From positions 179,456-243,455 of the forward strand of contig JANWWA010000002.1 of the NCBI GenBank assembly GCA_025056565.1: a DNA stretch of 64,000 nucleotides. Reading direction: 5' to 3'. Source of the DNA: Chloroherpetonaceae bacterium (GTDB lineage Bacteria > Bacteroidota > Chlorobiia > Chlorobiales > Thermochlorobacteraceae). The translations under genes and the position numbers were made by a program. The stretch's first letter is position 1; every line of letters starts with the position of its first letter. The notes beneath the pieces were generated by a model. That model saw nothing but the letters and a program-made list of their open reading frames with translations. It was not told where the DNA came from and did no database searches. Of the stretch, positions 9,205 through 19,691 are shown one piece after another.

Positions 9205-10050
9205 CTACCGCAACAGCTCTTCCAGTGCCGTTGCAAGGTCGGTTTTTTCATCACGATACTTGATAATGAGCGGTGTGTAGATAGACAGTCCGTGTGCCTC
9301 AGCAAACGCATTTTTGGTAACAGGGCGTGAGCCAGCCACGACCACTGCCCCTTTTGGAATCACCAGCGGAGAGGTAGCGGTCTTGCGCAAAATGCGTCCA
9401 TTGACCACATCGTAGACTGGTGTTGAGCCATTAAGAATAACGCCTGTGCCGATGACCGCGCGCTCTTCGACAATTGTGCCTTCGTAAATGCCACAGTTAC
9501 CGCCAATCATCACGCCGTCCTCAATGATAACAGGGAGCGCCCCCACTGGTTCCAGCACGCCACCCAGCTGTGAGCCTGCGGAAAGGTGCACATTCTTGCC
9601 AACCTGCGCGCAACTGCCAACTAAGGCATGCGAGTCAATCATCGTGCCAGCATCGACGAAAGCGCCAACGTTGATATAAGCAGGAGGCATCACGACCACA
9701 GAGGGCGCAAGGTAAGCGCCGTCGCGCACAGTTGTGCCACCGGGCACAATGCGCACTTTTTGGTCAGGCGTAAATTGCTGCGTCGGATAGGTATCCTTAT
9801 CGACGAAGCTGAAAGGAGGCGAAGCATTGACCTTTTGAAGTTCGCCTAAGCGAAAGCCCAGCAGGATGCCTTGCTTCACCCATTGATGCACTTTCCATAC
9901 CCCATCGATTTTTTCAGCTGAGCGGATTTGTCCCGTGTTGAGCTTATACTTGAACTCAGCGAAAATCTCGCGTGCTTTTGGATGCGCTTGTAGCGCATTG
10001 GTCGGTAGTGCGGCAAGTTGCTCAATATGGAGTTGAAGTTGGCTGTCCAT
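9205..10050 (-). CDS. dapD: 2,3,4,5-tetrahydropyridine-2,6-dicarboxylate N-succinyltransferase
   Basis: Close to E. coli DapD over its length. Examples are [58 protein letters not shown] and [16 protein letters not shown] (hexapeptide repeats). Confidence 0.9.
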   Translation of the reverse strand: MDSQLQLHIEQLAALPTNALQAHPKAREIFAEFKYKLNTGQIRSAEKIDGVWKVHQWVKQGILLGFRLGELQKVNASPPFSFVDKDTYPTQQFTPDQKVRIVPGGTTVRDGAYLAPSVVVMPPAYINVGAFVDAGTMIDSHALVGSCAQVGKNVHLSAGSQLGGVLEPVGALPVIIEDGVMIGGNCGIYEGTIVEERAVIGTGVILNGSTPVYDVVNGRILRKTATSPLVIPKGAVVVAGSRPVTKNAFAEAHGLSIYTPLIIKYRDEKTDLATALEELLR

Positions 10051-10062
10051 TGTGTAATCGGC

Positions 10063-11766
10063 TTAGAGAGAACTGTATTCTTGGGTGATGTCTTGTGAAG
10101 TGCCACGAATAAAGAAACGAAAGTCATCGCTACGCAAAGTGTCGTCTGGTTTAATTCTCACCCAAACCAAGTGTTGCAGGAACCACTTCCATTCAGGGCG
10201 TATCTCTTGCTTTTGCAGCGGCTCGAGCACGGTTGGACTAATGAGCAAATCCAAGCGAGAGAAGGGACGCTTGCAGTGCAGGGCGTATTTGCGCAACCAT
10301 CGCTCAATTTGGTGAATCGTGGTCTGGCGGGCTTGAATAATGCCCGTGCCACCGCAGGCAGGGCACTGGTCGCCCAAGCGTTGCATCAAACTGGGGCGAA
10401 TGCGCTCGCGCGTAATTTGCATAATACCAAAGTCTGACATAGGGAGCACATTCGACTTGGCACGGTCGCGCTTGAGCTCTGCTTTCATCGTTTCATAGAC
10501 CTTGCGCGCATTGCGCTCGTCGAGCAAGTCAATAAAGTCAATGACGATAATGCCGCCAATGTCACGCATACGCAACTGCCGGGCAATTTCTTTTGCAGCT
10601 TCCAGATTGGTGCGCAAAGAGTTTTCCTCTTGCTCCTTTTTTGCCGCATATCGACCGCTATTGACATCAATGACGACCATTGCCTCTGTCTGCTCAATGA
10701 TGAGATAGCCACCGGATTTGAGCCATACTTTGCGCGAAAAAATGGACTCGACATCCTTCGCAATGCCATAGCTCTCAAACAAAGGCAAGCGACCTTTGTA
10801 GAGCGTGATGCGCTTTTCCATCTCAGGTGCTGCCCAGCGCACGTAGTTGAGTGCCTCGCGGTAGATGCTGGGCGAGTTGGTGGCAATTTCCGTGACATCT
10901 TCCGTGAGAAAATCGCGCAGGGCGCTGGCAGTAATGGTGTCTTCTTTGAAGATGAGTTTCGGCGGCTTGGCAGTTTTGACAACTTCTTCAATCTGTTTCC
11001 ATTTGCTAAGCAAAATTTCCATATCGGTGCGTATCAGTGCCTCTTCTTGCTCTTCGGCTACGGTGCGAATAATTGCGCCAAAACCTTTGGGCAGCATTGA
11101 GCGCACGATTTGTTTCAGGCGTCGCCTTTCACGGCGGTTAAGAATGCGCTTTGAGACGGCAATGTGCCCATCGCCAAAGGGCAAAAGCACGATAAATCGC
11201 CCAGCAATAGTGATGTCAGATGTCAGACGCGACCCTTTATTGCCAATTGGCTCTTTGATGACTTGAACCAAGATGCTGTCGTTTGGCTTGAGCTTACTGG
11301 CAATCATCTGCGTGTAAGATTGCTTGCGCTCGGGCTTGGTGTCGGAAGCAGACGGCTGACCATTTGAAGTCGATGTTACGGTGCTGCTGGACGAGCGCTG
11401 CACCGCTGGCTTCGTTGCGCTAAGAGCCACGTCGGTCTCACTAGCATCCGTCTCCTCTGCGACCTCTTCTTCATCATCTTCGTCGGATTCATCTTCTTCT
11501 TCGAAGTCTTCATTTAGGAGGGCACGATAGTCTTCGCTGGTTGTGCCGACATCAGAAAAGTGCAAAAAGCCATCTTGCTCTTGACCAATGTCGACGAAAG
11601 CAGCTTGCAAGCCTTCGACCACTTTTTGCACGCGACCTAGGTAAATATCACCAACGGAGCGAGAGCTATCTGGACGTTCTACCAAAAGTTCCGCTAATCT
11701 TCCGTCTTCGACAATTGCAACTTGAATTTCGTCGCCCTGTTGATTCATCAAAATCTGTCGCTTCAT
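10063..11766 (-). CDS. rng: ribonuclease E/G family endoribonuclease (Rng/CafA-like) with an acidic low-complexity insertion
   Basis: An N-terminal S1 domain ([23 protein letters not shown]) is followed by [23 protein letters not shown], the catalytic VVIDVNSG...[11 protein letters not shown] and the Zn-link CPACGGTG. Confidence 0.9.
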   Translation of the reverse strand: MKRQILMNQQGDEIQVAIVEDGRLAELLVERPDSSRSVGDIYLGRVQKVVEGLQAAFVDIGQEQDGFLHFSDVGTTSEDYRALLNEDFEEEDESDEDDEEEVAEETDASETDVALSATKPAVQRSSSSTVTSTSNGQPSASDTKPERKQSYTQMIASKLKPNDSILVQVIKEPIGNKGSRLTSDITIAGRFIVLLPFGDGHIAVSKRILNRRERRRLKQIVRSMLPKGFGAIIRTVAEEQEEALIRTDMEILLSKWKQIEEVVKTAKPPKLIFKEDTITASALRDFLTEDVTEIATNSPSIYREALNYVRWAAPEMEKRITLYKGRLPLFESYGIAKDVESIFSRKVWLKSGGYLIIEQTEAMVVIDVNSGRYAAKKEQEENSLRTNLEAAKEIARQLRMRDIGGIIVIDFIDLLDERNARKVYETMKAELKRDRAKSNVLPMSDFGIMQITRERIRPSLMQRLGDQCPACGGTGIIQARQTTIHQIERWLRKYALHCKRPFSRLDLLISPTVLEPLQKQEIRPEWKWFLQHLVWVRIKPDDTLRSDDFRFFIRGTSQDITQEYSSL

Positions 11767-11943
11767 ATCATCTGAAAATTTGGTTTTGCCACAAATTGGC
11801 GAGCGCTAAAAGAGTTCCAATTTAACTGGCAGGGCGTTGTTTTTCAACTCTCGGTTTGTAAATTGCTTAGCTAAGTGTGTAGCCGCTTGGGCTTGGCGCA
11901 CATGCAGCGCAAAAATTTACAAACCTTTCAACTGGGAGAAGTT

Positions 11944-13854
11944 ATGAGTGCCTTAGTTTCTGACACTGCCAAAGTAGAACGATCTTTGAACGCACCTGCA
12001 TTTGTCAAAAACCGTCGCTTGCTTGAATGGGTCAAAGAAGTGGCTGAGCTATGTCAGCCAGACAACATTTACTGGTGCGACGGCTCGCAGGAAGAATATG
12101 ACCGCTTGTGCGAGCTAATGGTGCAAAATGGCACCTTCATTCGGCTCAACCCTGAAAAGCGACCTAATAGCTACTACGCAAAATCTGACCCCAGCGATGT
12201 TGCACGCGTCGAAGACCGCACCTTTATCTGCAGCCTGCGCAAAGAAGACGCTGGACCGACCAACAACTGGGTGCACCCGAAGGAAATGAAAGCCACTTTG
12301 CGCAATCTGTTCAACGGCTGTATGCGCGGGCGCACGATGTATATTGTGCCGTTCAGTATGGGACCGATTGGCTCACCGATTTCAAAAATCGGTGTGGAGA
12401 TTACAGACTCCCCCTATGTGGTGGTCAATATGCGCATTATGACCCGAATGGGGCGTGCGGTGTTGGAGGTGCTGGGTGATGGCGAGTTCGTTGAGTGCCT
12501 CCATTCAGTCGGAATGCCACTAGTAAATGGTCAAAAAGATGTTCCGTGGCCGTGTAACAAGGAGCACAAGTATATTGTCCACTTCCCTGAGGAGCGTGCT
12601 ATCTGGTCATTTGGCTCTGGCTACGGCGGCAATGCGCTTTTGGGGAAAAAGTGCTATGCCTTGCGTATTGCATCGGTGATGGGACGCGAAGAAGGTTGGC
12701 TGGCTGAGCATATGCTTATCATGGGTGTGCAGTCCCCAGATGGTGAAAAGACATATGTGGCAGCGGCTTTCCCAAGTGCATGCGGCAAAACCAACTTTGC
12801 AATGCTGGTGCCGCCTGAGCCGCTCAAAGATTGGAAAATCACCACCGTGGGCGACGACATTGCGTGGATTAAGCCGGGCAAAGATGGTCGGCTCTACGCC
12901 ATTAACCCTGAAGCAGGCTTTTTCGGCGTGGCACCGGGCACATCCTACAAGTCCAACCCCAATATGATGGAGACGCTCAAAGCAAATTGCATTTTCACAA
13001 ATGTGGCCCTCACGCCTGACGGTGATGTGTGGTGGGAAGATATGACTGACACGCCCCCCGAGCGCCTGATTGACTGGCAAGGACAAGAATGGACACCGCA
13101 AATTGCAAAAGAAACAGGGCGCAAAGCCGCACACCCCAATGCGCGCTTTACAGCGCCTGCTTCACAGTGCCCTTCTATGGACCCAGAGTGGGAAAACCCC
13201 AACGGCGTGCCCATTTCAGCATTTATCTTTGGCGGTCGCCGTGCGACAACCGTGCCACTGGTCTATCAAGCCGTAAACTGGAACTATGGGGTGTATTTGG
13301 CAGCCACGATTGGCTCTGAGATGACCGCAGCAGCCGTGGGTGGCGTGGGGCAAGTACGGCGCGACCCCTTTGCGATGCTGCCTTTCTGCGGTTACCATAT
13401 GGGCGACTATTTCAATCACTGGCTGCAAATCGGTCGACAGCTACCTGACCCGCCACGAATCTTCTGTGTGAATTGGTTCCGAAAAGACAAAGACGGCAAG
13501 TTTATCTGGCCGGGCTTTGGTGAAAATATGCGTGTGCTGAAGTGGATTGTCGAGCGCGTGCGTGGCCGTGCACACGCCTGCGAAAGTCCACTCGGCTGGA
13601 TGCCCACTTACCATGACCTGGATATGCGCGGCATCAACATTACCGAAGAACAGTTCAAAGAGCTCATGGAGGTCGATCGCGAAAGCTGGAAACAAGAGGT
13701 CTTGGCGCATGAGGAATTCTTTGAAAAAATCTACGACCGCTTGCCCAAAGAATTCCACTGGATGCGTCAACTTTTGCTCTCTAGCCTTTGGCGCTCGCCT
13801 GAGCACTGGGAACTGGCGCCAGAACGACCGCACGAAGAAGCAGTAAAAACCTGA
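11944..13854 (+). CDS. pckG: phosphoenolpyruvate carboxykinase (GTP)
   Basis: 636 aa from the ATG at 11944, with GGGAGAAG upstream. GTP-PEPCK hallmarks are present: FPSACGKTN (kinase-1a P-loop), [13 protein letters not shown] and [19 protein letters not shown]. Confidence 0.92.
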   Translation: MSALVSDTAKVERSLNAPAFVKNRRLLEWVKEVAELCQPDNIYWCDGSQEEYDRLCELMVQNGTFIRLNPEKRPNSYYAKSDPSDVARVEDRTFICSLRKEDAGPTNNWVHPKEMKATLRNLFNGCMRGRTMYIVPFSMGPIGSPISKIGVEITDSPYVVVNMRIMTRMGRAVLEVLGDGEFVECLHSVGMPLVNGQKDVPWPCNKEHKYIVHFPEERAIWSFGSGYGGNALLGKKCYALRIASVMGREEGWLAEHMLIMGVQSPDGEKTYVAAAFPSACGKTNFAMLVPPEPLKDWKITTVGDDIAWIKPGKDGRLYAINPEAGFFGVAPGTSYKSNPNMMETLKANCIFTNVALTPDGDVWWEDMTDTPPERLIDWQGQEWTPQIAKETGRKAAHPNARFTAPASQCPSMDPEWENPNGVPISAFIFGGRRATTVPLVYQAVNWNYGVYLAATIGSEMTAAAVGGVGQVRRDPFAMLPFCGYHMGDYFNHWLQIGRQLPDPPRIFCVNWFRKDKDGKFIWPGFGENMRVLKWIVERVRGRAHACESPLGWMPTYHDLDMRGINITEEQFKELMEVDRESWKQEVLAHEEFFEKIYDRLPKEFHWMRQLLLSSLWRSPEHWELAPERPHEEAVKT

Positions 13855-13863
13855 TGCGCTCTG

Positions 13864-13890
13864 GCGGCTGAGCTAAGGCAGCTCAGCCGC
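13864..13890 (+). terminator. perfect 11-bp stem hairpin immediately after pckG (no U-tract)
   Basis: GCGGCTGAGCT-aaggc-AGCTCAGCCGC lies 10 nt after the stop codon. It is followed by ttcactggg rather than a T run, so it may be a terminator or an RNA-stability hairpin. Confidence 0.5.
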
Positions 13891-13949
13891 TTCACTGGGC
13901 AGCCAAGCCATATGCATAAAATTCAGCACATTAAAATGGAGGCGACTCT

Positions 13950-14480
13950 ATGGACACTTCTTCGCTCTCTACAGCTGCATCCACTTCTTTTTCTTGGAGC
14001 TGGACTTATCTTGCTGCACACCCGTTCAAAACCGCAGGCATAGTGCTGATTTTAGCCTTGCGGTATTTCTTTGCCATCTTCTTCCTCTATGGCTTTTGGC
14101 ATAAGCTGATACACGGCTGGCTCTGGACAGATGTCCTAAGGCTGCATTTTATTGACCGCCTGAGCGAAATTTCTCCTGAAGCGTGGCAAGCAGCCTACCT
14201 GCAATACTTTGCAATTCCACTTGCGATGCCAATTGCATGGATTGTAACAGTAGGCGAGCTAATTATCGGATTGGCGTTGGTCTTTGGCGTTACCACACGC
14301 CTTAATGCGGCCTTCGGGCTATTTATGTTGCTGAACTTTGCCGCTGGGGCATTTTACAACATCTGGATTGACATTCTGTCCGCAATGGCTATGCTCTTTA
14401 TCGTGTTTCCTACGGGGCATTGGCTCGGCTTCGACAAAATGCTGCATCAGAAGTATCCGCATAGCATCTGGTTTAAGTGA
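13950..14480 (+). CDS. DoxX/DoxD-like small membrane protein
   Basis: 176 aa with 4 hydrophobic helices. GGAGG lies 7 nt upstream of the ATG. The family call rests on size and topology plus a GFWHKL motif and is weak. Confidence 0.5.
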   Translation: MDTSSLSTAASTSFSWSWTYLAAHPFKTAGIVLILALRYFFAIFFLYGFWHKLIHGWLWTDVLRLHFIDRLSEISPEAWQAAYLQYFAIPLAMPIAWIVTVGELIIGLALVFGVTTRLNAAFGLFMLLNFAAGAFYNIWIDILSAMAMLFIVFPTGHWLGFDKMLHQKYPHSIWFK

Positions 14481-14498
14481 GCAGCGGCAAACAAAGGA

Positions 14499-16151
14499 CT
14501 AGAGCAGTGCAACGAGCAACTGTGCAATGAAGATTTTAACAATCGTCACCAATGGAAAGACGGTTGTGTAACCGAGATTGGGTAGGTCGTTATGGGTTTG
14601 CTCATTTGCGAATGCCAGTGCGGCAGGTTGCGTGTGAATGCCCGAGACGATACCGATGAGTCGCCCCATTGGGATGCGCAAGAGCTTGTAGCCGATGAAG
14701 AGCGCAGAAAATGCGGCACTGGTTGTAACCAGTAGTCCAGAGAGAAAAATCCAGATGCTGTGGGGAGCTGTAATTTGCGCCACAAACTCGTAGCCAGCGC
14801 GCGTGCCCACGCCAGCCAGAAACATCACCAGCCCGATTTGACGCAAAGTAAGATTGGCGCTGTATGGGATGTTCCAGATAATCGTGCCAGTGCGTCCTTT
14901 TGCTCCCAAGATAAGACCGGCAACCAGTGGCCCACCTGCAATACCTAACTTGAATGTGGCGCCACTGGGCAACGGAATCGGAATTAATCCAAGCAGAAGC
15001 CCTATTGAAATACCCACGCCCAGTGAAATCACATCGACTTCGCTAAGCGCCTTGTAAGAATCCCCAAAGAATTTGCTGACTTCCTCCATTCGGTCTTTGG
15101 GTGCAACAACGCGCACGCGGTCGCCTAACCACAGGGTTGTATCGCTGTCAGGGATAAAGTCGTGGTCGCCACGGCGCACGCGTGCCACGCGAGCTTCAAA
15201 CTTTTCGCGTAGATGGAGCTCCGAAAGCTTCTTGCCCACCACTTCTGGATTCGACACAAACACGCGCCGAAAGTCCAAGTTCGAGCGGTCGTCCTCAAGC
15301 GGACGGCGAGCCACTTCACCTAAGAAGGCAGCAATGCGCTGTGCTTCGTCAGGAGCAGCGATGAAATTGACAAAATCACCCACTGCTAACTGTGCACCAT
15401 CGTGCGCCAGTGTGAGATGCCCTTGATGTAGCCAGCGCACAAACCGCACGGTCCAACCGTATCGATGACGCAAATGTCCTAAGGTCTCTACGCAGGCATC
15501 GGGATTAGTAACTTTCACCGTCAGCGTGATGAGATGGTCTGCACCACCAAGTTGAGGTGCAAACGCTTTAGCCTCTTCGGCATAATTGATTCGCCAAAGG
15601 CGCTGCAGAATGTAAATCGCTCCAATGACGCCCAGAACACCCATCGGATAGCAAAGCGAATAAGCAATGACAGGTTCAGAGAAGATTTGAACGGCTGTGT
15701 CAGGCAAAGCATGTATGCGCTCTCGCAAGTATTGAATCACATTAGCTAAGGCGGGCGTGTTGGTCATACTGCCCGCAAAAATGCCGGCCGAAGTGCCTGC
15801 CGAAAAGCCGAAGAGAAAGTGTAGCGCAGTAACAAGAGCGCCTACACTAAGCAACACAGAGACAGCAAACAGATTTTCCCGTAAACCTTCGCGCCGAAGT
15901 GAAGAAAGAAAAGTCGGTCCGCTGGCTAGACCGATGGTGTAGACGAACAGCACAAGACCAAAGAGATGACAAAATTCAGGCAGCTCGACCGTCGGCCCGA
16001 GTGCGCCAAACGCTAAACCTACAAACAGCACAGCTGCAATACCCAAACTAAACCCCCCGATGCGAACTTTGCCAATGAGATAGCCGATGCCTGCAACGAG
16101 GAAAAGCAAGAGCAGGGAGTTTTCGGAAAGCAGATGAACAACAACTTGCAT
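14499..16151 (-). CDS. AAE-family (YidE/YbjL/AspT-like) duplicated transporter with two central TrkA-C (RCK_C) domains
   Basis: LLLFLVAGIGYLIGKVRIGGFSLGIAAVLFVGLAFG is the typical N-terminus of this family. The central soluble region contains two repeats (...GDFVNFIAAPDE..., ...GDRVRVVAPKD...). A second membrane half follows. I preferred the ATG at 16151 over the TTG at 16202. Confidence 0.8.
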   Translation of the reverse strand: MQVVVHLLSENSLLLLFLVAGIGYLIGKVRIGGFSLGIAAVLFVGLAFGALGPTVELPEFCHLFGLVLFVYTIGLASGPTFLSSLRREGLRENLFAVSVLLSVGALVTALHFLFGFSAGTSAGIFAGSMTNTPALANVIQYLRERIHALPDTAVQIFSEPVIAYSLCYPMGVLGVIGAIYILQRLWRINYAEEAKAFAPQLGGADHLITLTVKVTNPDACVETLGHLRHRYGWTVRFVRWLHQGHLTLAHDGAQLAVGDFVNFIAAPDEAQRIAAFLGEVARRPLEDDRSNLDFRRVFVSNPEVVGKKLSELHLREKFEARVARVRRGDHDFIPDSDTTLWLGDRVRVVAPKDRMEEVSKFFGDSYKALSEVDVISLGVGISIGLLLGLIPIPLPSGATFKLGIAGGPLVAGLILGAKGRTGTIIWNIPYSANLTLRQIGLVMFLAGVGTRAGYEFVAQITAPHSIWIFLSGLLVTTSAAFSALFIGYKLLRIPMGRLIGIVSGIHTQPAALAFANEQTHNDLPNLGYTTVFPLVTIVKIFIAQLLVALL

Positions 16152-16257
16152 AGAAATGCTGAGAGATGAACTGGTTTGTGCAGGGTGCTTGCCTTGCACC
16201 AAGCCTTACAAAGATAAGGCCGCGCTGCACAAAGTGTGTTGCGCCAAAACGACAAGG

Positions 16258-17634
16258 CTACTCTGAAAGTAGCACTTCAATGATGCGATGTTCCAGTTGC
16301 TTGACATCTGCTGCGACATCAGCGCGGGCAATCACGCGCAACTGCTTGGTAGCACGCTCAAACGACTCAATAAGCGTGGCTTGAAAGGCAGAAACACCTG
16401 ACTCGCTAAACGGCACGAACGTTCTGGCTTTGATGCGGTAGAGCTGCAGCTCACGAAAATCCTGAAGGTCAAAAATGGTCTTCTGCGAAGGGGCATCGAT
16501 GAGTACTTCGTTGCCAGTGAGCGTTTTTTGGGTCTTTTGCGCTACAAGTGTGCAAATGGCGTGCTCTTTAAGCTTGCGGCGGCGTGCGTCAGACGAAAGA
16601 AAACTAAGCGCATGCATTTCATCGGGATTCAAGTGAAAATTGAGCGTAATTGCGCGTTTGTAGGGTCGGCGTTCAATCAGCGCATCAATCAAAGCAAGCA
16701 AAGCAGTGTGGCGGGACGGTATGGCAGCGCGCAAATCAAATAGCAGGCGCTCATCAGAAGTGGAGTAAAAAATTCGGCGAAGGGATGCGGGCTCTAACTG
16801 GGATTCATCTAAGGCATCTTGAATGAAGCGCTTGAGCATCGTGGAAAAAGCGCGAACCGTATGGTGCCAATACACATTGCGCATCATCATATACTTGGCA
16901 AACATCAGGCTCTCCAGCGGCGCAATACCTTTTTCAGTGATGGCAAAACGGCGGCGCTCGGCATCAGGCACAAACGATTCAATGAGACGCTCAATATCAA
17001 TGCTGCCGTAGGGGATATTGCAGTGGTGTGCATCGCGCATCAGGTAATCCATCTTATCTGGGTCTAAGGTGCCGCTGATGAGCTTAGCAAACTTATGCGG
17101 CTGACGCCCCGTAACCATCTCAATTACTTCCTTCGGATTGAGTTGCCAATCGTCTGCTAAGATGTCGTAAAGTCGCCCAAACTGTGAGTGGGATTGCTGC
17201 ACAAAGGTTTCGGTAAGGTCTTGGTGGTCATCGAAAACGATGTCGTTTTGACTGGTAAGCGGCTGTTTTTCGACAATGTGAGCATGCGGGTAGTGTCCGA
17301 TGTCGTGCAGGAGACTGGCTGCTAAAATAAGCCGGCAAGCTGTGTCATCGAAACAAAATGACGGGGTTTGCAGCGAAGCAGTCAGCGGGTTCGTTACCAA
17401 GCGTTGCAGGATAAGTTTGGTAAGATGATAGACGCCAAGCGAATGTTCGAAGCGGGTGTGCGTAGCGCCCGGAAAAACATGATGCGCAAAAGAGAGTTGC
17501 CGAATGCCTTTCAGACGCAGAAAGACAGGGTGGGAGATCACTTTTCGCAGTGCATGATCGAGCGGAATATGCCCCCAGACAGGAATGCGGATATATCCGC
17601 CGTCAGCCGAGAAAAGAAACATTGGGAGCGACAT
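16258..17634 (-). CDS. HD-domain phosphohydrolase, SAMHD1-like dNTP triphosphohydrolase family
   Basis: RFEHSLGVYHL, LLHDIGHYPHAH and DKMDYLMRDAHHCNIPYG correspond to the SAMHD1/EF1143-type motifs as I recall them (RFEHSLGV, LLHDLGHGPFSH, DKWDYFARDCHH). Confidence 0.75.
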   Translation of the reverse strand: MSLPMFLFSADGGYIRIPVWGHIPLDHALRKVISHPVFLRLKGIRQLSFAHHVFPGATHTRFEHSLGVYHLTKLILQRLVTNPLTASLQTPSFCFDDTACRLILAASLLHDIGHYPHAHIVEKQPLTSQNDIVFDDHQDLTETFVQQSHSQFGRLYDILADDWQLNPKEVIEMVTGRQPHKFAKLISGTLDPDKMDYLMRDAHHCNIPYGSIDIERLIESFVPDAERRRFAITEKGIAPLESLMFAKYMMMRNVYWHHTVRAFSTMLKRFIQDALDESQLEPASLRRIFYSTSDERLLFDLRAAIPSRHTALLALIDALIERRPYKRAITLNFHLNPDEMHALSFLSSDARRRKLKEHAICTLVAQKTQKTLTGNEVLIDAPSQKTIFDLQDFRELQLYRIKARTFVPFSESGVSAFQATLIESFERATKQLRVIARADVAADVKQLEHRIIEVLLSE

Positions 17635-17648
17635 AAAGCAGCTGAATG

Positions 17649-17852
17649 TTACGCTCTGGAGGATTTAGACTTCGGTGTGCTTTGAATTTCTTTGAATTCA
17701 GCGTCCTCAATTTCGTCGAAGCGTAGCGGGCGCTGGTAGGGCGGTTTGACATGTTTCGGCGCGCTAAGCCGCACATAAAGGAAACGCAGCACATAATACA
17801 GGGCAAACCCTATTGCGAAAAAAAGAAGAATCCGAATCATACTGCCCCCCAA
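17649..17852 (-). CDS. small single-pass membrane protein (hypothetical)
   Basis: 67 aa with one N-terminal TM helix (IRILLFFAIGFALYYVLRFLYV) and a charged tail. It is tightly packed between two co-directional genes, with gaps of 6 and 14 nt. Confidence 0.5.
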   Translation of the reverse strand: MGGSMIRILLFFAIGFALYYVLRFLYVRLSAPKHVKPPYQRPLRFDEIEDAEFKEIQSTPKSKSSRA

Positions 17853-17858
17853 TGAGGT

Positions 17859-18506
17859 TCAATAGAGCTTTCGCTCAGGATTGAAGTATTCTGTCCCCGA
17901 ATGTGTTTTGTTGCAAATTAAATCAAAGATTTCTTCAAAGTCAGCTGGGTTTGAGACAAAATCAATTTCGGAGGTATTGATGATAAGCAAAGGGGTTTTT
18001 TTGTAGCGGAAGAAAAAATAGTTATAAGCGTCGTGCAAATCACGAATGTAGCTTTCTGTGATGTTTTTTTCGTAGGGACGAGCACGTCGCTTGATGTTCT
18101 GCATCAGCCGCTCAGGCGTGGATTGCAGATAAACCACCAAATCAGGCAGAATGATAGATTTATCCATCAAATTGACGATGGTTTCATAAAGTCGAAGTTC
18201 ATCGTCTTGTAAGTTGAGGTAGGCAAAGATTTTGTCCTTGTCAAAAATGTAGTCAGTAATTAAGTATTCGTGAAAAAGGTCAAAGTGGCGGAATTGCTGC
18301 TGCTGCTTGTAGCGGCTGGCTAAGAAAGAAAGCTGTGTTTGGAAGGCATACCGCTCGGGATTTTCGTAGAAGCGCTCCAAAAACGGATTATCTTCAAACT
18401 CCTCCAAAATTGGGCGAGCTGAAAGTCGCTCGGCAAGTTTCAGCGCTAAGGTGGTTTTCCCCACACCGATCACACCTTCAATTGCAATGTATTTGGGCAC
18501 TTGCAT
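17859..18506 (-). CDS. deoxynucleoside kinase
   Basis: The P-loop is IAIEGVIGVGKTTLALKL. ERFYENP...FQTQLSFL, DYIFDKDKIF and LVVYLQSTPERLMQNIKRRAR (LID region) are typical of the dNK/dGK family. Confidence 0.88.
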   Translation of the reverse strand: MQVPKYIAIEGVIGVGKTTLALKLAERLSARPILEEFEDNPFLERFYENPERYAFQTQLSFLASRYKQQQQFRHFDLFHEYLITDYIFDKDKIFAYLNLQDDELRLYETIVNLMDKSIILPDLVVYLQSTPERLMQNIKRRARPYEKNITESYIRDLHDAYNYFFFRYKKTPLLIINTSEIDFVSNPADFEEIFDLICNKTHSGTEYFNPERKLY

Positions 18507-18511
18507 AGATG

Positions 18512-18757
18512 TTACCGGGCTTCCTTTCGTAGCTTTTCTTTAAGCTCTAACTCATAGACGTGATACTTGAACGCTAAGCGGCCGTTGATGAAGACGACAG
18601 GAATTTTCGAGCCATATTCCTTCATCAAATCCTCGTCATCGTTGAGCTTAATTTCACGCAGCTCAAATGGAATTTCACGTCGGACTTTCAGGAGCACGGC
18701 TTTTGCTTCATCACAGAGGCAGCAGCCGTCTTTCGAGTAAAGCTCAACCAAAACCAT
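18512..18757 (-). CDS. glutaredoxin-like protein (Glutaredoxin_2/DUF836 type)
   Basis: 81 aa with a thioredoxin-fold pattern. The redox motif is CCLCDEAK (CxxC), followed by IPVVFING. Confidence 0.75.
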   Translation of the reverse strand: MVLVELYSKDGCCLCDEAKAVLLKVRREIPFELREIKLNDDEDLMKEYGSKIPVVFINGRLAFKYHVYELELKEKLRKEAR

Positions 18758-18760
18758 ACT

Positions 18761-19639
18761 TCAAGTGATAAGGGTTTGTTTGGATTTAGCCGCCTTTTTC
18801 TTCGCTGAAACTTTTGCAGGGGTGGTCGCAACGGGTTGATGAGCCACAGACCGCCAGCCAATAGCAGCAACTATCCATAACACAATGGAAACAAGTTGCG
18901 CCTGAGTTAAACCGAAAGCAACGATGTCATTTAAGCGAATAAATTCCACAAAAAAGCGACCAGTGGCTTGAAGTGCCAGAAAAAGAAAAAATAGCTGTCC
19001 ATCGGGGCGAGGCTGCAGGCGCATGCGCCAGAGCACAGCAAAGAACATGAGAGCGTAGAGCGTTTCATAAATCGGCGCAGGGTGCACGGGAATGTCATCA
19101 GGCACAGGGCGGTCAGGAAAGAGTCGCTTAAACTCACGCACAAGCTGTGGATTTTTCTCAGCCAGCGTAGAGATAATGCCGTTGGGATAAGTCATTGCCC
19201 ACGGCACATCAGTAGGCTGACCGTAACAGCCATCACCAGCAAGGAGGCAACCAATGCGACCGATACCATATGCCAGCATCACAGCAGGAGCAGCAGCATC
19301 AAGAAATGGAAGAATAGGCACTTTTTTGAGACGAAGGTAGATGTAGTTACCAATAAGTGCCAAAATTAAGCCGCCGTAGTAAGCCAAGCCGCCTGCGCTA
19401 AGAAGCGTGCCAATCGGGTCGCGCCGAAGTTCATCTAAGTGCTCAACGACATCAAAGAGCTTTGCCCCAACAATGCCTAACACCAGAGAAAGAATCAGAA
19501 TGGTATTGGTTACATCTGGTAAGCCTTTGCGTGCAACTTCTTTAGCAGTTAGGTAATTAGCGACCAGAAATGCTAAGGCGAGCATGGCGCCAAAACTGTA
19601 AAACTTCAGCGGCCCAATGGAAAAAAGCTCTGGATACAC
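18761..19639 (-). CDS. lgt: prolipoprotein diacylglyceryl transferase
   Basis: YGAMLALAFL, GAKLF, GRIGCLLAGDGCYG and HPAPIYE are Lgt family signatures. Confidence 0.9.
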   Translation of the reverse strand: MYPELFSIGPLKFYSFGAMLALAFLVANYLTAKEVARKGLPDVTNTILILSLVLGIVGAKLFDVVEHLDELRRDPIGTLLSAGGLAYYGGLILALIGNYIYLRLKKVPILPFLDAAAPAVMLAYGIGRIGCLLAGDGCYGQPTDVPWAMTYPNGIISTLAEKNPQLVREFKRLFPDRPVPDDIPVHPAPIYETLYALMFFAVLWRMRLQPRPDGQLFFLFLALQATGRFFVEFIRLNDIVAFGLTQAQLVSIVLWIVAAIGWRSVAHQPVATTPAKVSAKKKAAKSKQTLIT

Positions 19640-19691
19640 GTGTGGCGACTGATTTCATTGGTTAGGCGACTGGAAAATAACTTTCAAGTCG

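Noticed and set aside
12607-13134. Long antisense or off-frame ORFs inside well-supported genes. Examples are 12607..13134 and 13441..13833 in pckG, 10485..10991 and 10630..11100 in rng, 21049..21465 opposite ptsN, 36028..36486 and 36188..36634 in dnaX, 40378..40869 opposite mazG, and 42448..42894 in the S8 gene.
   Set aside because: They fully overlap genes with strong family signatures. Their composition is the Arg/Ser/Cys/Ala-rich kind typical of shadow frames in ~50% GC DNA, and they carry no recognisable motifs.
16258-17634. The SAMHD1-like HD protein as an anti-phage nucleotide-depletion defence gene.
   Set aside because: It is embedded in a long co-directional run of core genes (dNK, lgt, hisS, ptsN, cdsA). 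There are no mobile-element or defence-island hallmarks, so a housekeeping dNTP-pool role is the simpler reading.
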